In this document: positions 25,325 to 39,361 of the stretch, in pieces
How the letters are laid out: every line of letters begins with the position of its first letter
How positions within the stretch are numbered: the stretch's first letter is position 1
Position numbers and translations under genes: made by a program
DNA from: Octopus vulgaris
Taxonomy: Eukaryota
Direction: 5' to 3'
Length of the DNA stretch: 64,000 nucleotides
Assembly: GCA_951406725.2 (NCBI GenBank)
Contig: OX597826.1
Span: 18,910,001 to 18,974,000 of the forward strand
The notes under the pieces: generated by a model
Database searches by the model: none
Told to the model about the DNA's origin: nothing
What the model saw: only the letters and a program-made list of their open reading frames with translations

Positions 25325-26079
25325 CAGCGAATTTGAGAAGTTCTGATTTATCCTGTCAAAATACAAACTTGTCTCTATCCTGTCAGCATCTAAACACTAA
25401 AGTGCACGCATGCGCACGCACACGCACACGCGCGCACGCACACACTCACACATACATACACACACACACACACACAAATACATGTAGCAGTAGCTTCAAT
25501 AACTGCATTCGTTCCAAATACTGTGCGAGGTGCATTATACAACGAGAGGTCTGTGCAGACAATCATATAATTTACTTAAACTATGTAAAGCTAGATTTTC
25601 CTGAAAAAAACGAGATAGCCAAGGCAGTGATGCCTTCGATCAACCTGGGATTAAACAACGATTAGAGTTTCTTGTCTATGGTTAATCGAGCGTGACAACA
25701 TCTTCACACTGTCTGGATCAGTCGAAACTTTTGCCCACAATCTACACTTGTCCAGCCAATGTCAACATTTGTCAAATTAACATCTACCCACGGAGTCTGT
25801 CCACCTAGCTGTCTACCTACCTACCTACCTACCTACCTACCTACATGTTTATCCATTCATGATCCAACCAGTCAGTTAACAACTACATAGTGTGTCAATC
25901 TATTCTGAACCTATTCAACTTTACACACTATGTAAAGTTTCCATTTATCCATTCGTTATCTACACAACTTATTCATCCTCTCAGCCCTGTAAAAGGCACT
26001 TTACCTAATATTTCCTAACCAAAAGTGACTCTCAGTATAAAAGCTACGTGCAACTATCTTTTTAAAATCATTTTCAACT

Positions 26080-26971
26080 AAAATTTCGGATCTGTTCAGT
26101 TTCACTCACAGACTTTTTAATTTTGTTTAAACTGAACTGTTTGAAACGTCATATACTGGTGTAATTTCCCACGATCAACACGGTTTACTTTCAACATCTT
26201 TGTCAATAATTCGTATTTTAGAAGTTATTTCATGTTAAAGTTGAAGAAAGCTACTGCTGTTTGCGAAAGTAATCGAAGAGAAACAACTTCCGGATCATTT
26301 CTACTAAATGTCATCAGTCTGTTCTATTTTATTTTTGTTGCATATTACACGCTTTTTTTTTGGGGGGGGGCGGTTCTTGCGTCGGAGTGAACATCGAAAA
26401 ATCAATACCAAGAAGGAAGAAATATTATTTACATATATTTATTCGTTTGCCCGACATGTAGTTAGAGATACAGCAGTAATTGCCGTGGCAGTGACAAGTT
26501 CGCTCGCTGGTTGGTAGCCGATAGTGTAGAAGTGGCTGTCAGCCAGTAGAGAGGGGAAAGAGTAAGGAATACGCGGTGCTGACTAGAAAGAAAGAAAGGG
26601 TAAAGGTGGCCTCGTCTTTCTTGTGGCCGAAAGTTTCTCTTTTTGTGTCAGCTATGACAAAGGAGCAACATTTTCCCTTCGCTCGACATACGAATAGAAC
26701 AGAGTGGTAACATTTAGTAGAGATGACTCGGAAGTTGTTCCTCTTCGATTACTATCACAAACAGCAGTAGCTTTCTTCAACTGAATACATGTCGTTGATT
26801 GGTTAAAATTACCTAAATACAACTTTAACACGAAATAATTTTGTTAAAAATGTGAAAGTAAACCGTGCTGGGCGTGAGAAATTACACGAGTATATGAAGT
26901 TTCAAACTGTTTAGTTAAAAATCAAATAATTAAAATAAATCTGTGAGCGAAACTGAACAGATCCAAAATTT
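26080..26971. mobile_element. Long-TIR non-autonomous DNA transposon (foldback, arms ~250 bp)
   Basis: aaaatttcggatctgttcagtttc...ctgttctatt is inverted at 26693-26971 (aatagaacag...gaaactgaacagatccaaaattt). Confidence 0.8.
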
Positions 26972-27781
26972 CAAATAAACCTTTCATTATATCAAACTTA
27001 TTCAACAGTTCCTCCAATGGACATGCTATGGGCGCTGTCTTCTTCCCTAGCTATTTATTATCCAATCACCGCAAAACAGATATGCATTCAGAAATATCTC
27101 CGTTCTAACGATGTTTCTTTCCAGTTTAGGAAAACCACAACAGGTTTGGTGAGGATAGGTATCCGCTTAATAATCACCAGACCAGTTTATCAAGATAAAC
27201 AAAAATTCAACAAATATAGCAGCAACAATTCGGCGTGTTAGAAGCTGGGAATAAATACGTGACCTCAGTGCTACCCAAGGACAACAAGTTCATTTGCGTT
27301 CGTTTGATGACTCGGACTTCCTCTTGTAATCATGAAGAACTGACAGAGGGCAGCTGGAGATGCTGAGAGGGAAATCAAAGGAGATGTGATGACGATGAAA
27401 GTGATAATGCTGGTTGTTGGGGAGGGGTGCTGCTGCTGCTGATATGGTGAGGGTGAAATAACAGGAGGTGTATTAAGTATAGTCTTCAAGGCGTGGGATG
27501 GGGATGGTTGCAGTATATCGGCTAATTGTTCGGCTTTTCGGTTGGCAAGTGGCTTTCTAAGTAAAAAGCACTGAACACTCATTACTTAAAGTTCGGACTT
27601 TAACTGACCCTAGAATTCACCGACTTTCTCACCCTTCTTTTCTTTCTTTTTCTTTTTTCTTTTGCTCGCCTTCCTTTTTACCAAATTCCGACTCCGGTTT
27701 CCCACATCGTACTGAAAATGGCTTATCACACTTCCTCTCCCAACACACCATTCCAGTTGATCCAGACCAAACACCACTGCG

Positions 27782-27789
27782 TGACGTCA
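27782..27789. promoter_or_regulatory. Perfect CRE palindrome TGACGTCA in unique, GC-richer sequence
   Basis: Motif seen directly; function not shown. Confidence 0.3.
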
Positions 27790-27890
27790 ATGGTATTTCC
27801 TTCGCTTCTCTCTCCACCGCCAGTCTTTCATTCTTTCATAGATACACGCAAAAGCGCGCGCACGGCCTAACTAATTCTTCCCCTTGTCTG

Positions 27891-27938
<48 letters not shown>

Positions 27939-27945
27939 CCTATCC

Positions 27946-28033
<88 letters not shown>

Positions 28034-28087
28034 CTACCTACCTACCTACCTACCTACCTACCTACCTACCTACCTATCCATCCATCC

Positions 28088-28133
<46 letters not shown>

Positions 28134-28189
28134 ATATCTATCTATCTATATATATATATATATATATATATATCTACCTACCTACCTAC

Positions 28190-28235
<46 letters not shown>

Positions 28236-28578
28236 GTCTGTCTGCTGTCTGCCTGTCTGTCTGTCTGTCTTATTCTTATATTTGCAACTCGTTTCTGTTT
28301 TCTTTCGTTTCTCATTTCTTCTCCCTTCCTTATTCTTTCATTCTTTCCTTCTTACTTATCCATGTTATCTATTTTATATTTTCTTTCTGTTTCTCTCATT
28401 TTTTCCTCTTTCCTTCATTCATTATTCCTTTCCTTTTTCTTCCTACTCAGATATATTTTCCTCTTCCTCCACCCCCACACATACTCTCCCTCTTTAACAA
28501 CGCTTCTCTAGTTTTCTCTAATAGTTTCTCTCTCTTTCTCTTTCTCTTTCTTTCTCTCTCTTTCTCTTTCTTTCTCTT

Positions 28579-28621
<43 letters not shown>

Positions 28622-29544
28622 CTCCCTGCTACCACACATCACTTGTTATCTATACTTTCCTCCCTCCCACACTTTCCCACTACAATATAGTGCTGCTCTC
28701 CACCACCCAGTTGTTATTATCTTCAGCTTCTCCGTCTCTTCTACCCTCTGTTATCTGTTGAGAGAGAAAGGAAGGAAACAAAGCAGACGCCCTGTCCGGA
28801 TAGGTTTGAACTAAGTCCATAGTCATTTTTACTGTGTTATTAGGACGGGGAGAGTGGTGTGTGGTGGTGGTGAGGTGGGTGCCCATTCCGTTTGGCCACT
28901 TCTCTTTTAGCCGAATAAAGTCATGCAGTTGCTTTTGTGTAAGACAGACCAACTGTGATACGCAGGACTGGCAAAGGGTTAGAAATAAGAGCGAGAGAAA
29001 CAATCTAAAAAATGGAATGGTCACGGCTGTAGCACCTTTGATACCGGTCTGCACGACCAGAGAAACCATGGGATCAAATGGCAAGTCTACACACAAATAC
29101 AGATAAAACTACACATATATTTATCAAATTAATTAATTATGGTTTGCAATCATAAAGTTAATTAATGAGGTGACTTCTCTTTTGCATTTGTTGACTGAGA
29201 ATCATACGGACAACAGCACGCTCAAGCACAAGGACGATCAGGCATTCTTTCGGATTAGCCTTAGGGACTCTTAGTTTGCCAGCTTCGTAAAATAAGCTTT
29301 GCCGAGAAGGTTTAATAAGGCCAAAACATGTTCTTAACTCATACAACTTGGCTTAAAGGCCAAATCCACTGCCTTACAGCATTTTCTATAATATACGAAA
29401 TTGTAGCTTCTAATTTTACACAGCTCCACCCCCATCCTCGATAGTTTCCTTCACTAGCTGCTTGGCTAATCTGAGGTAATTAACGATTTTATTATATCTG
29501 CCAGAATCCATTAAGATAAGTGATTTCTTTATAATATTACAGTG

Positions 29545-29663
29545 TTCAACTGGTACTTACTTTATCGACCTCGAAAGATGAAAGGCAAAGTCAACCTCAG
29601 CGAAATTTGAACGCAGAACGTGAGGACAGACGAAATGCCGTTAAGCATTTTGCCTGGCGTGCT
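29545..29663 (-). mobile_element. Nin-type SINE fragment
   Basis: Similar to 34975-35200. Confidence 0.8.
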
Positions 29664-29674
29664 TATTTTATATA

Positions 29675-30012
29675 CGACGGGCTTCTTTTCAGTTTCCGTC
29701 TACCAATTCCACTCACAAAGCTTTGGTCGGTCCTGGACTATAGTTGAAAAGTTCCACGTGTGGGACTGAATTCGGAACCATGTGGTTGGGAAGCAAGCTT
29801 CTCACCACACAGCCACGCCTGCATGCATACATACATACACACATACATACATACATACATACATACATACATACATACATACATACATACATACATTTTC
29901 TTAAAGCTTGGTACTTATTCGATCGGTCTCGTTCACCAAGCCGCTACGATACATGGATGTAAACACTCCAACAGCGGTTATCAAGCGGTAGTGGGATACA
30001 AACACACACACC
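29675..30012 (-). mobile_element. CORE-type SINE fragments
   Basis: 5' part at 29675-29822 and 3' part at 29895-30012. Confidence 0.75.
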
Positions 30013-30014
30013 TA

Positions 30015-31302
30015 GGTTATTCGGGATAAATCTGATATTTTTTTCTTTTGTGTACTTGATGTATTGATGAACAATTAACAGCGTTGGAGAGCATAAAGGT
30101 TAAAGTTGTAGTTGAGTTAAAGTAGCAGTGACGAGAGTCTTGAAGATGATGAGCATAGTGGTCGGTCATCGGATGTTGACAACGATCAACTGAGAGCCTT
30201 AGTGGAAGCCAGTTCACGCAGAGCTTGCTTCTGAATTAGACGTAACGTTTACGACAATTTCCAACCACTTGAAAGAGATTGGGAAAACAAAAATACTTTA
30301 GAAATGGGTGCCGCATGAATTGAACGACAACCAAAATTATGCCGTTTTGAAATGTCGTCTTCTCTTCTTTTACGCAATAAGAACGACCCGTTTCTCAACT
30401 GGATTGTGACTTGCGATGAAAAGTGGATTCTTTACGACAACCGGCTACGCTTATCTCAGTGGTTGGACGCCGACGAAGCTCCACGGCACTTCCCGAAGCC
30501 AATGTTGCACCAAAAGAAGCTCATGGTGACTGTTTGGTGGACTGCGGCCGGTCTCATCCGCCACAACTTTTTGGATCCAGGCGAAACCATTACGGCGGAA
30601 AAATCCTGTCAGCAAATGGGTGAAATGCATAAGAAACTCCGACACGACAACAACAGCCAGCATTGGTCAATAGAAAAGGACCAATTCTTCGCCGCGACAA
30701 CGCTCGGCCGCACAACTGACCCTGCGAAACTCTGCCTCATCCGCCATACTCACCAGGCCTCTCACCTACCGACTATCTCTTTCTGAAGCATTTCGACAAC
30801 TTCCTGCGTGAGAAATGCTTAAAAAACCAAGACGATGCCAAACACGCCTTCAACGACTTCATCGCCACTAGAACGCAGGATTTTTGCGCTACTGGCATAA
30901 ATAAACTATTAAATAAACAGTACAGTAACTTGTACTGGCATAAATAAACTTGGCACACGTGTGTTGATTTTGATGGTGTTTTTTTTTTTTTTTTTTTTTT
31001 TTTTGTACTTGTTTCAGTCATTTGACTGCGGCCATGCTGGAGCACCGCCTTTAGAGTGGTGAAAGAGTACAGCAGGGATCACCACCATCCCCTGCCGGAG
31101 CCTCGTGGAGCTTTTAGGTGTTTTCGCTCAATAAACACACACAACGCCCGGTCTGGGAATCGAAACCGCGATCCTCCGACCGCAAGTCCGCTGCCCTAAC
31201 CACTTGGCCATTGCGCCTCCATGTTTATTTCGATTAATAAAGTTTTGTTTGAGCCGAGATGTGTGCATCTGAATTTAAAGGTTTAAAACCGCAACAACTT
31301 TC
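30015..31302 (+). mobile_element. Mariner (DD34D) transposon, degenerate, with nested SINEs
   Basis: Frameshifted translation retains [34 protein letters not shown] and [13 protein letters not shown]. Confidence 0.9.
31053..31221 (-). mobile_element. Short tRNA-derived SINE nested in the mariner
   Basis: Minus strand ggaggcgcaatggccaagtggttagggcagcggac...ggtttcgattccc, with A and B boxes. Confidence 0.8.
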
Positions 31303-31606
31303 TTGTGAGTGGATTTGGTAGACGGAAACTGAAAGAAGCCCGTCGCACATGTGTGTGTGTGAGAGAGAGTGTGTGTGTGTGTGTGTCCTTGTGTCTGTAT
31401 TTGTACCACCACCACCGCTTGACAACTGGTTTTTGTTTGTTTACATCCCCGTAACTTAGCGGTTCAGAAAAAAAGAGACCGATAGAATAAGTACCAGGCT
31501 TAAAAATAATGAGTACTGAGTTCAATTCACTCGACTAAAAGTTCTTCAAGTCGGTGCCCCAGCATGGCCGCAGTCTAATGACTGAAACAAGTAAAAGATA
31601 AAAGTT
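31303..31606 (+). mobile_element. CORE-type SINE 3' part
   Basis: Matches the 3' part of 12648-13047. Confidence 0.85.
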
Positions 31607-31899
31607 ATAACATGTAAATATTGGCTAACTTTGGAAACCTTTAGCGAACCACTTAGCTTCCGCAGTCCGCTTACAAAATTCATACGCTTGTTCCTGTCTG
31701 TTGTGGACGTGTCTTGAAGAGTCCGCCAGGCACGCTATTGGCTGACTATGTGTACACGTGACAAGGCGTGCTGAGCAGCATTGTACAATTCTGCAATTTT
31801 GAGTTGTGTTCACTTACGATGTTGTCACATTACAGACAGTTTTACAGTGTCAGCGACAGTAGTGTACGTTATCGGCTTATCAAGTCATCGCTTAGCGTT

Positions 31900-32532
31900 A
31901 TGGAAGGTGAAGACGTTTTTTTTCGGCCTGAGGATCAAGGGCCGATTGAGGAATTTGCAACGGCTGTGGGCGAAGGAGAGGTCGCTCAGATTGAGAGCCA
32001 GAAGTCTCAGAACTCGTGGCCCCACATAGAGGACTACTTTGTCTTTACATCAAGGGATAAGAGGAACGCCAAAATCCTGTATTTCCGGTGCGTCGTGTGC
32101 TAGCCAAAGGAGACCACCATCAAGGGACATGCGGCGAGCCTCTACAATTTGAAGTCGCATGTCAGAAGGAAACATCCAGCGCATGCCATCCAGTTTGAGG
32201 AGAGGATCAAGGCTGACTCTTCCCGTGGGGAAGACAGACAATCTTCTCGTAGCAGTGCCAGTAGTCAGTCGTCGCAGCTATGTGCAAAGAAAGCACGCCA
32301 GCCTAGCATTGGCGAGGTGTTTGCGCAAACTGTTGGCACTGGCATCTGTCAGTCTATGGTGGACAGAAAGATTGTAGACCTGTTTGCCGACAATATGCTA
32401 CCGCTGCATGTAGTGGAGTCCCCCATTTTTGTCAGCCCAATCAAGACCCTAAACCCCAGCAAGACATCCATGTCCCACTGCACCCGGGGCAGCCATAAAC
32501 AGCTGGAGGAGTATCTTACAAGGTGTTTATAA
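31900..32532 (+). pseudogene. hAT transposase 5' remnant with BED zinc finger
   Basis: Translates WPHIEDYF...RCVVC*PK...YNLKSHVRRKH...DRKIVDLFADNMLPLHVVESPIF...LNP. In-frame stop at 32101; truncated. Confidence 0.8.
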
Positions 32533-33254
32533 GTTAAAATTATACGAGATTATTAAATTATTATTATGGCGTACTTCATATTTTCTTAATTTAATTTAAT
32601 TTAATTATTTATTAGATAATTATTTTCTTAGTTCATATAATAACATTTATAATAACTAATTGAAATAAATGTCATAATATATACGTACAGCAAAACAGCA
32701 GCTTCTAATGAAATAACGAATAAACGAAACTTAAGTTCTGAACTTATCAAATTTCGACCATCAATCCATCCCTCAACTAGCATATTCATCACCCCCAACG
32801 CGTCACCTATCAAGGTAGACTCGCTATTTTCAAAGGTTTAATAATAAGGCTTTAAATTATTAGCAATATTTCCATGAATTTACAACAACCTAGTAACAAG
32901 TGTTAAACTGCAATCTGTGTGACTTCTATAAACAAAATATGGTTATAAGATACTGCGATCAAATGTCCTGCCTCCTTCCTACCCGCGATAAATTGTACAA
33001 ACTACGTGCTCACAAAAACCATTGCAGCTTGCGGGGAGATGCGGATAGGAGGCCAGATTTTTTTTTTTTTTTTTAGTAGGCTTTGATCATATTCTGCTTC
33101 AGTTTATATATAATGATGGTGAATTATTTCCTTGCTGGTTTGAAATTGCTGCTAGCCACCTTCAGTATTTTATAATTTTCACATTGCCATTTTGTGAAAT
33201 CAGTCACTGATTCTAATGGCATTCTCCATGAGAGGGTGAGTTTCTCTTTAAATA

Positions 33255-33718
33255 GACAAAATCCTTTCACTTTTATAAAAAGAATAAAAAGTATGGAAGA
33301 CTCTATAACAAAAAACTATGTCCATTTATGTCCATTTACGCGGGAGCTCGGGTCAAAATATTATAGTGCATGACCATCGTTGGGACATAGTATATGTAGT
33401 TTGGTGAAAATCGGTTGGAAATTGTGGAAATGTATGCGATAAGTGTTCCTACTCAATTTAATCACCGTCGCTGATGGACAGACGAAATGAATAGACAAAA
33501 TCCTTTCACTTTTATAAAAAGATTAAAAAGTATGTATGACCCTACATACAAAAAACTGTCCATTTACGCGGGAGCTCTGGGCAAAATGTTACAGTACATG
33601 ACCATCCTCGGGACATAAGCAATGTGTATGTAAAGTTTGGTGAAAATCAGTTGAGAATTGTGGAAATGTATGCGTTACCCATTATACATACACGTACTGT
33701 GATTTATAAATACAAGAT
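33255..33718 (-). mobile_element. Probable non-autonomous Helitron 5' region with ~240-bp internal duplication
   Basis: Minus strand starts A|TCTTGTATTTATAA. 33251-33438 is repeated at 33491-33675. No clear 3' CTAG end was found. Confidence 0.45.
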
Positions 33719-33728
33719 ATGCGTGTCA

Positions 33729-33990
33729 GGGCGCATGACCTAGTGGTTGCACTCGCGATCTCGAGATCGTGGTTTCAATTTCTGGACCAGGTGGCCCGTT
33801 GTGTTTTTGAGCAAAGCACTTCATTTTACGTTGCTCTGCTACCACTTTGATACCGGACGTGTGTAAGACAACGTCAATTTGATGGAGAGAGTGAGCTGAT
33901 GTACAATATATAATCTTGATCATTATAACCGAATCATTTGTGCAGATTGTTTAGTAATAAATTACGGAACCATCTTTCTCAGGCTACGAG
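33729..33990 (+). mobile_element. tRNA-derived SINE, diverged
   Basis: ggcgcatgacctagtggtt...ggtttcaatttct...ttgagcaaagcacttc. Confidence 0.65.
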
Positions 33991-34176
33991 TAACTACCAT
34001 CATTTATCATATACGGAGGCATGTCTTTATAGTAATGCCTTTGCTTCCCAACCACAGGTTTTCCGGTTCAGACCAACTGTATTGCACTTTAGACAAATGT
34101 CTTCTAAAGTCTTGTCAGTGAATTTGATAAACGGAGACTGAAAGCAGTCCATTCTATGTATATATATATATATATA

Positions 34177-35767
34177 CAGTGATCCCTCGTTTATCGCGGT
34201 AGATTGGTTCCGAGACCGGCCGCGAAGACTGAATTTCCGCGAACTAGGGACACCATATTTGCAGTATTTATTTAACGTGTATTTGGACTTTTAAAACCTT
34301 TCCTGTACTGTTAACAACCCACCATTACAGTAATATATTAATAATAAGGATAACTGTTAAGCAATAACACTTTAGATTTTAAAAAAAAATATTGTTACTC
34401 TACTCAACATGAAAGAAGTTGAAGTAAAATTTGAATGATGATGGTGATGAATTTGCTGCACAGTAAAATGATGATGATGAAGCTGACGGCGGTGCCCTTT
34501 CCTGGGACATCTCTTCCACTTCTTCCGAAGGTGCAGCCGTAGTAGTAGCAGCAGGAACTGGCTCTTTTTTTGCGAGGCTGCAAAAACATTGTGATAGGAA
34601 GTTGCTGCCGCTGCTACTTTTTCCGTTCAAAGAGCATCTTTTAGGGATTCAGAACTTTGTCGACCTTGTTGCAAAATTGCACACAACGAACCATACCGTC
34701 GTCCCATTCCTATGACCCCTCTTTCAATTCTTTAGCCATGTTGCAAGAGCTTGGCCAGACGTCCCAAAGTCAAGCCAGTTTGGTCGACTTCTTCCGTTTC
34801 TTGCTGCGTTTCTTCTTCTTCTTCTTCTTCTTCTTCTTCTTCTTCTTCTTCTTCTTCTTCTTCTTCTTCTTCTTCTTCTTCTTCTTCTTCTTCTTCTTCT
34901 TCTTCTTCGCTGGCTGACTTCGTCACGTCTCCGAGGTCTGCGTCGGTCGGCGGCTGGGAATGGTAGTCTAATAACTATTTCTTTACTACCCACAAGGGGC
35001 TAAACACAGAGAGGATAAACAAGGACAGACAAACGGATTAAGTTGATTATATCGACCCCAGTGCGTAACTGGAACTTATTTAATCGACCCCGAAGGGATG
35101 AAAGGCAAAGTCGACCTCGGCGGAATTTGAACTCAGAACGTAACGGCAGACGAAATACGGCTACGCATTTCGTCCGGCGTGCTAACGATTCTGCCAGCTC
35201 AATACCGTGGTAGTCTAATAATGCGTCAATGATTCCCGTGGTCATGTCTGCAAAGCCGTCACCTCCAATGATAGCAGCCAACTGCAAAGCTTTCTGTACT
35301 GCGGAGTGTTGGATTTCGACAGGTGTCGTAAATAACCTCGGGCCACAAATTTTTCCAACTCGCGTTTTTCACGCACAGCAACTCTTCACACACAGCACAG
35401 CGTAAAGTAGTAGAGTAAACCACTCGGTGAGAAAGCTTGAAGCGAAATGGCCGCGAGAGAGAGAGACGAAGGAAGATGCTGCGGATCTGAGCATCGGTCA
35501 AAGCACCAATCACAGGCCAGACTACAAAATAGAAAGCTGTGATTCTCTCCATTGCACCAATCACAACCTATCTTAAGTTCAAATACCCTTGTATATGCTT
35601 TTTTGCTATTTCACGCTTGTTTTGCTGTCCCTAGACTAGGAAATAATATCTATTATTAATATTTTAACGGATTTAATGAAAAGTTTTAGGTGTTCACATA
35701 TAATTATATATATATATATTTTAAAAATCCGCGAAGTCGTGAACCGCGAAGTAGCGAGGGATCACTG
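34177..35767 (-). mobile_element. pogo/Tigger-like DNA transposon, internally deleted
   Basis: TA-CAGTGATCCCTCG ... CGAGGGATCACTG-TA TIRs. Transposase C-terminal remnant KNASWKNLWPE...GGDGFADMT...acidic tract. Confidence 0.85.
34975..35200 (-). mobile_element. Nin-type tRNA-derived SINE, near full length, with 14-bp TSD
   Basis: Head gagctggcagaatcg...gagttcaaattcc and central gcctttcatcccttcggggtcga. TSD tggtagtctaataa at 34961-34974 and 35208-35221. Confidence 0.9.
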
Positions 35768-35791
35768 TACATACACACACACACACAAACA

Positions 35792-35841
<50 letters not shown>

Positions 35842-35897
35842 TGTATGCGTGTGTATGTGCATGCGTGTGTGTGTGTACATACGTGTGTATGTATATA

Positions 35898-35962
<65 letters not shown>

Positions 35963-36585
35963 ACGTATGGTGTTCAGGCTAAATTTGACAGTTTGCATTA
36001 ACGGAAAACAAAACACAATATCCCAAAATAAAGATTTTTTTTTTTAATTAAAAAATATGAATTAGATTATGACTGAGAGATAATAGTTTACTCAAAGTAG
36101 CCGCAATCAGATTCTTCCTCGGTTACAAGACGGTTCTGGAACCTGGTCCATGCGTTCTTCACTGTGTCCCAAAGAAGAACTTTAAACACTATTGCCTCAA
36201 ACTGACCGCAGCTTTGCGAGTGGATTAAGTGGATGGAAAATGAAAGAAGTTCCTCATACATTGCGAGTGGGAGTGGGGGGCTCCTGATGGGCTAATTACG
36301 GCTGGAGCTCTTTTTATCTTTTACATACCTCTGCCATATTATCCAGTCAACAATTATGTGCTGTGTTTAGTCAACACTTACAGAGTATAAATATATGCCT
36401 ATGCAGTCCCTATGGACACACTGCAATTCTCATGTGTCAGACATCCACAGGATACACAGTACAGACTACCGACCCAACTGTCGGGAAAAGCTGGTCTTCC
36501 GATTTTAAATATTTGTTTCTATGGAACCAACATATTTGTTCCTCTGTTTATTTCCTGATATCTTGAGGCAGTTGTCCTAAAACAA

Positions 36586-36699
<114 letters not shown>

Positions 36700-37227
36700 C
36701 ACGATTTATTCGCGATCAGAGTTGTTCAAAATCCGAGTTACTACTGTATGTATGTATATGGATGTATATATAAGTATGTATGTATGTATGTATGTATGTA
36801 TATATATATATGTATATGTGTGTGTGTACATATATATATATAATATAAATATATGCATATATACATACATGTATATATATATATATATATATGTATGTAT
36901 GCATGTATATATGCGTATATATATAGGTATGTATATTTATAGATGCATACTTATAGATGTATATATATATATACATATATATGTATGCATGTATATATGC
37001 GTATATATATAATATGTATGTATATTTATAGATGCATACTTATAGATGTATATGTATAAATGTATATATAGATAGATTTATATGTATATATAGAGAGCTA
37101 TATGTATGTATGTATATTTGTATTTATATATATATATATATATGTATATACATACATATACATACATACATACATATTGATGTGCATGTGTGTATATATA
37201 CATATGTATGTATGTATGTATGTAAGT

Positions 37228-37277
<50 letters not shown>

Positions 37278-38234
37278 GCACATATACGTACGAACATATC
37301 TGTGTGTGTGATGAGGAGGGGATGCTCTAAGCATTTTACTTTTTAGAAGATGCTGTGGACAAAAATTTTAAGAATGGAAGTGAATTAGAGAGAAAAAAGA
37401 ATAGATGAGTTTTAGATTTGGTCGGTGGATGTTCTAGATTGTATTAATGGAGTCTGTCCTCGTTATAGTTTATCTCTTCACGTGTTGCCAAATTCTCAAG
37501 GACTTCTCACAGGACACGACTGAAAGTCGCCCGGTTTAACCCGAAATGATAAAGACATACGATAACAATATTCCCCTCATTCGGTAACAAACACGACTCT
37601 TTTCAATAGATTATTCTTATCTCTGTTCTACTAAGTTTCAAGTATCTAGTTCAGCTTTAGCAATGAGTGCGAGCGCGAGTGCTACCATAAGTGTATAATG
37701 CCAACGTTCAGCACATAAAAGAAACAATCGACAGAATACACACGCACACGCACATACACACACACACACACACGCTCACACACACACGCTCACACACACA
37801 CACACACACACACAACCCGTCATGTGACGAATAACGCTGGGAATAAACTTTTGTTGCTGTGGGTGATACCAGGTAAATCGAAACAAGCACACTAATTATA
37901 ATTTTACCTTTTCTTTTTCTTTTCTTTTCTTTTCTTTTTTTTTCTATTTCGTGATGTTTATACAAATAGTGAAATGAATAATACAAATTTTCGAAATAAA
38001 CAGGTTTATTAAATTAATATGTAATTAGATAAAATTGCTTGTTTACTCATCATTTAATTTCAGGTGTGGCGTTAACTGTTATTGCCCCCTATGACAAAGG
38101 TTTGTTCCCAACTTAACCCTAATGTATTCCTGGTAGCAGCCTAGTAAACTGTAACCAAAGAAGATAGCTCCCAAAACGTCGTAGATGTCTTGTATCGAGT
38201 GATGTGAGCAAGACATCAACATTGAGTATTATCA

Positions 38235-38281
<47 letters not shown>

Positions 38282-38287
38282 TATATG

Positions 38288-38770
38288 GCCATGCAGCCAT
38301 AGTGTTTAGGAACCTGGTTAAGGGCGACAGCAGGAGAATCTCCAGCTTATCTTCAAGCAAAGAGCTCTTTGATGCTGCCGCCCCGTACTATAGCCGGGAT
38401 CTGGGTGCCAGCGGTTTGAAGAATAATATCAGTTACATACCAGACTCTGGCTTCCAGCCCCGAGAAAGCGTCACCGGAAAGTGCTGCGGTCCACGCCGCC
38501 CTTTTCTTTAAACGTTAAAACCAGAGTAGGAAAGATCTTCCTTGGTTTAGATTATTTCACTTGCTGCTCCGTTCTAATAGATTCAACAAAATATTTAATG
38601 GACATACCCTGAGATTATCTTTTAACTGTGCAGCGAGTGTAAAAAAGATTTTAGTAGATAGGCCTACACCCGAGGCAGAAGCAGGATGCTCATGCGGGAG
38701 TAACACAACTTGTCCGCTGATTGGCCGCTGCTACGTGGAGACAGCTGTATTCGAGGCAGAGGAGGTAACA
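38288..38770 (+). mobile_element. Penelope-like element fragment (RT thumb to Cys-rich linker), degenerate
   Basis: Translates SRRISSLSSSKELFDAAAPYY...ASG; PPFSLNVKTRVGK; KIFNGHTLRLSF; CSC...CPLIGRC. Begins just after (TA)n. Confidence 0.75.
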
Positions 38771-39361
38771 TCCGTAGGACACAATGGATAACCGAGCATG
38801 CAGAAGTATGGTGCTGGAAAGTTCCGGCTTTAAGGGTGTCTCGACAGGCCTGGTTGAAGGCCCAACATTCCGAATCTATCACAGGTCTTAGAAAAACTGA
38901 AGCAATAAGTGAGTGAATCTGAGAGGGGAATATGTGGAATAAAATCTTAACTGATTGTAATGTATTTTGTTTTGCCCAAAGCCAAGAACTTTTCCTCATC
39001 CTCTCGTACGCATGGAATAATCGGTAAATGTGTGCGCGTCTTAATGAAAGTATACAGTAATGGTGTGTATTGTGCATGTATGTGGGGGTGAAAAATATAT
39101 TTCTGCATTTATGCAATCTTCTTAGGAACAAATCTATTTTTTCGAGGATTCCATTCCATTGACCTTCCCCGCTTCTACATACACACACTTACCAACGCAA
39201 TATCATGTTCCCCTCGGGGGACATTCACTCAATTACTGGCTATGGGTTGGTGCAATACTAACCATACTAACTGATAATGATAGCACAGAAATGGCAAGCA
39301 TCAAAATAATAAGACGTAGTCTTAAAGCAATGTGTGTGTGTGTGTGTGCGCGCGCCTGTAC

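Noticed and set aside
31130-31221. Possible tRNA gene
   Set aside because: The tRNA-like head runs into SINE body with no proper acceptor stem. The same applies to the other SINE heads.
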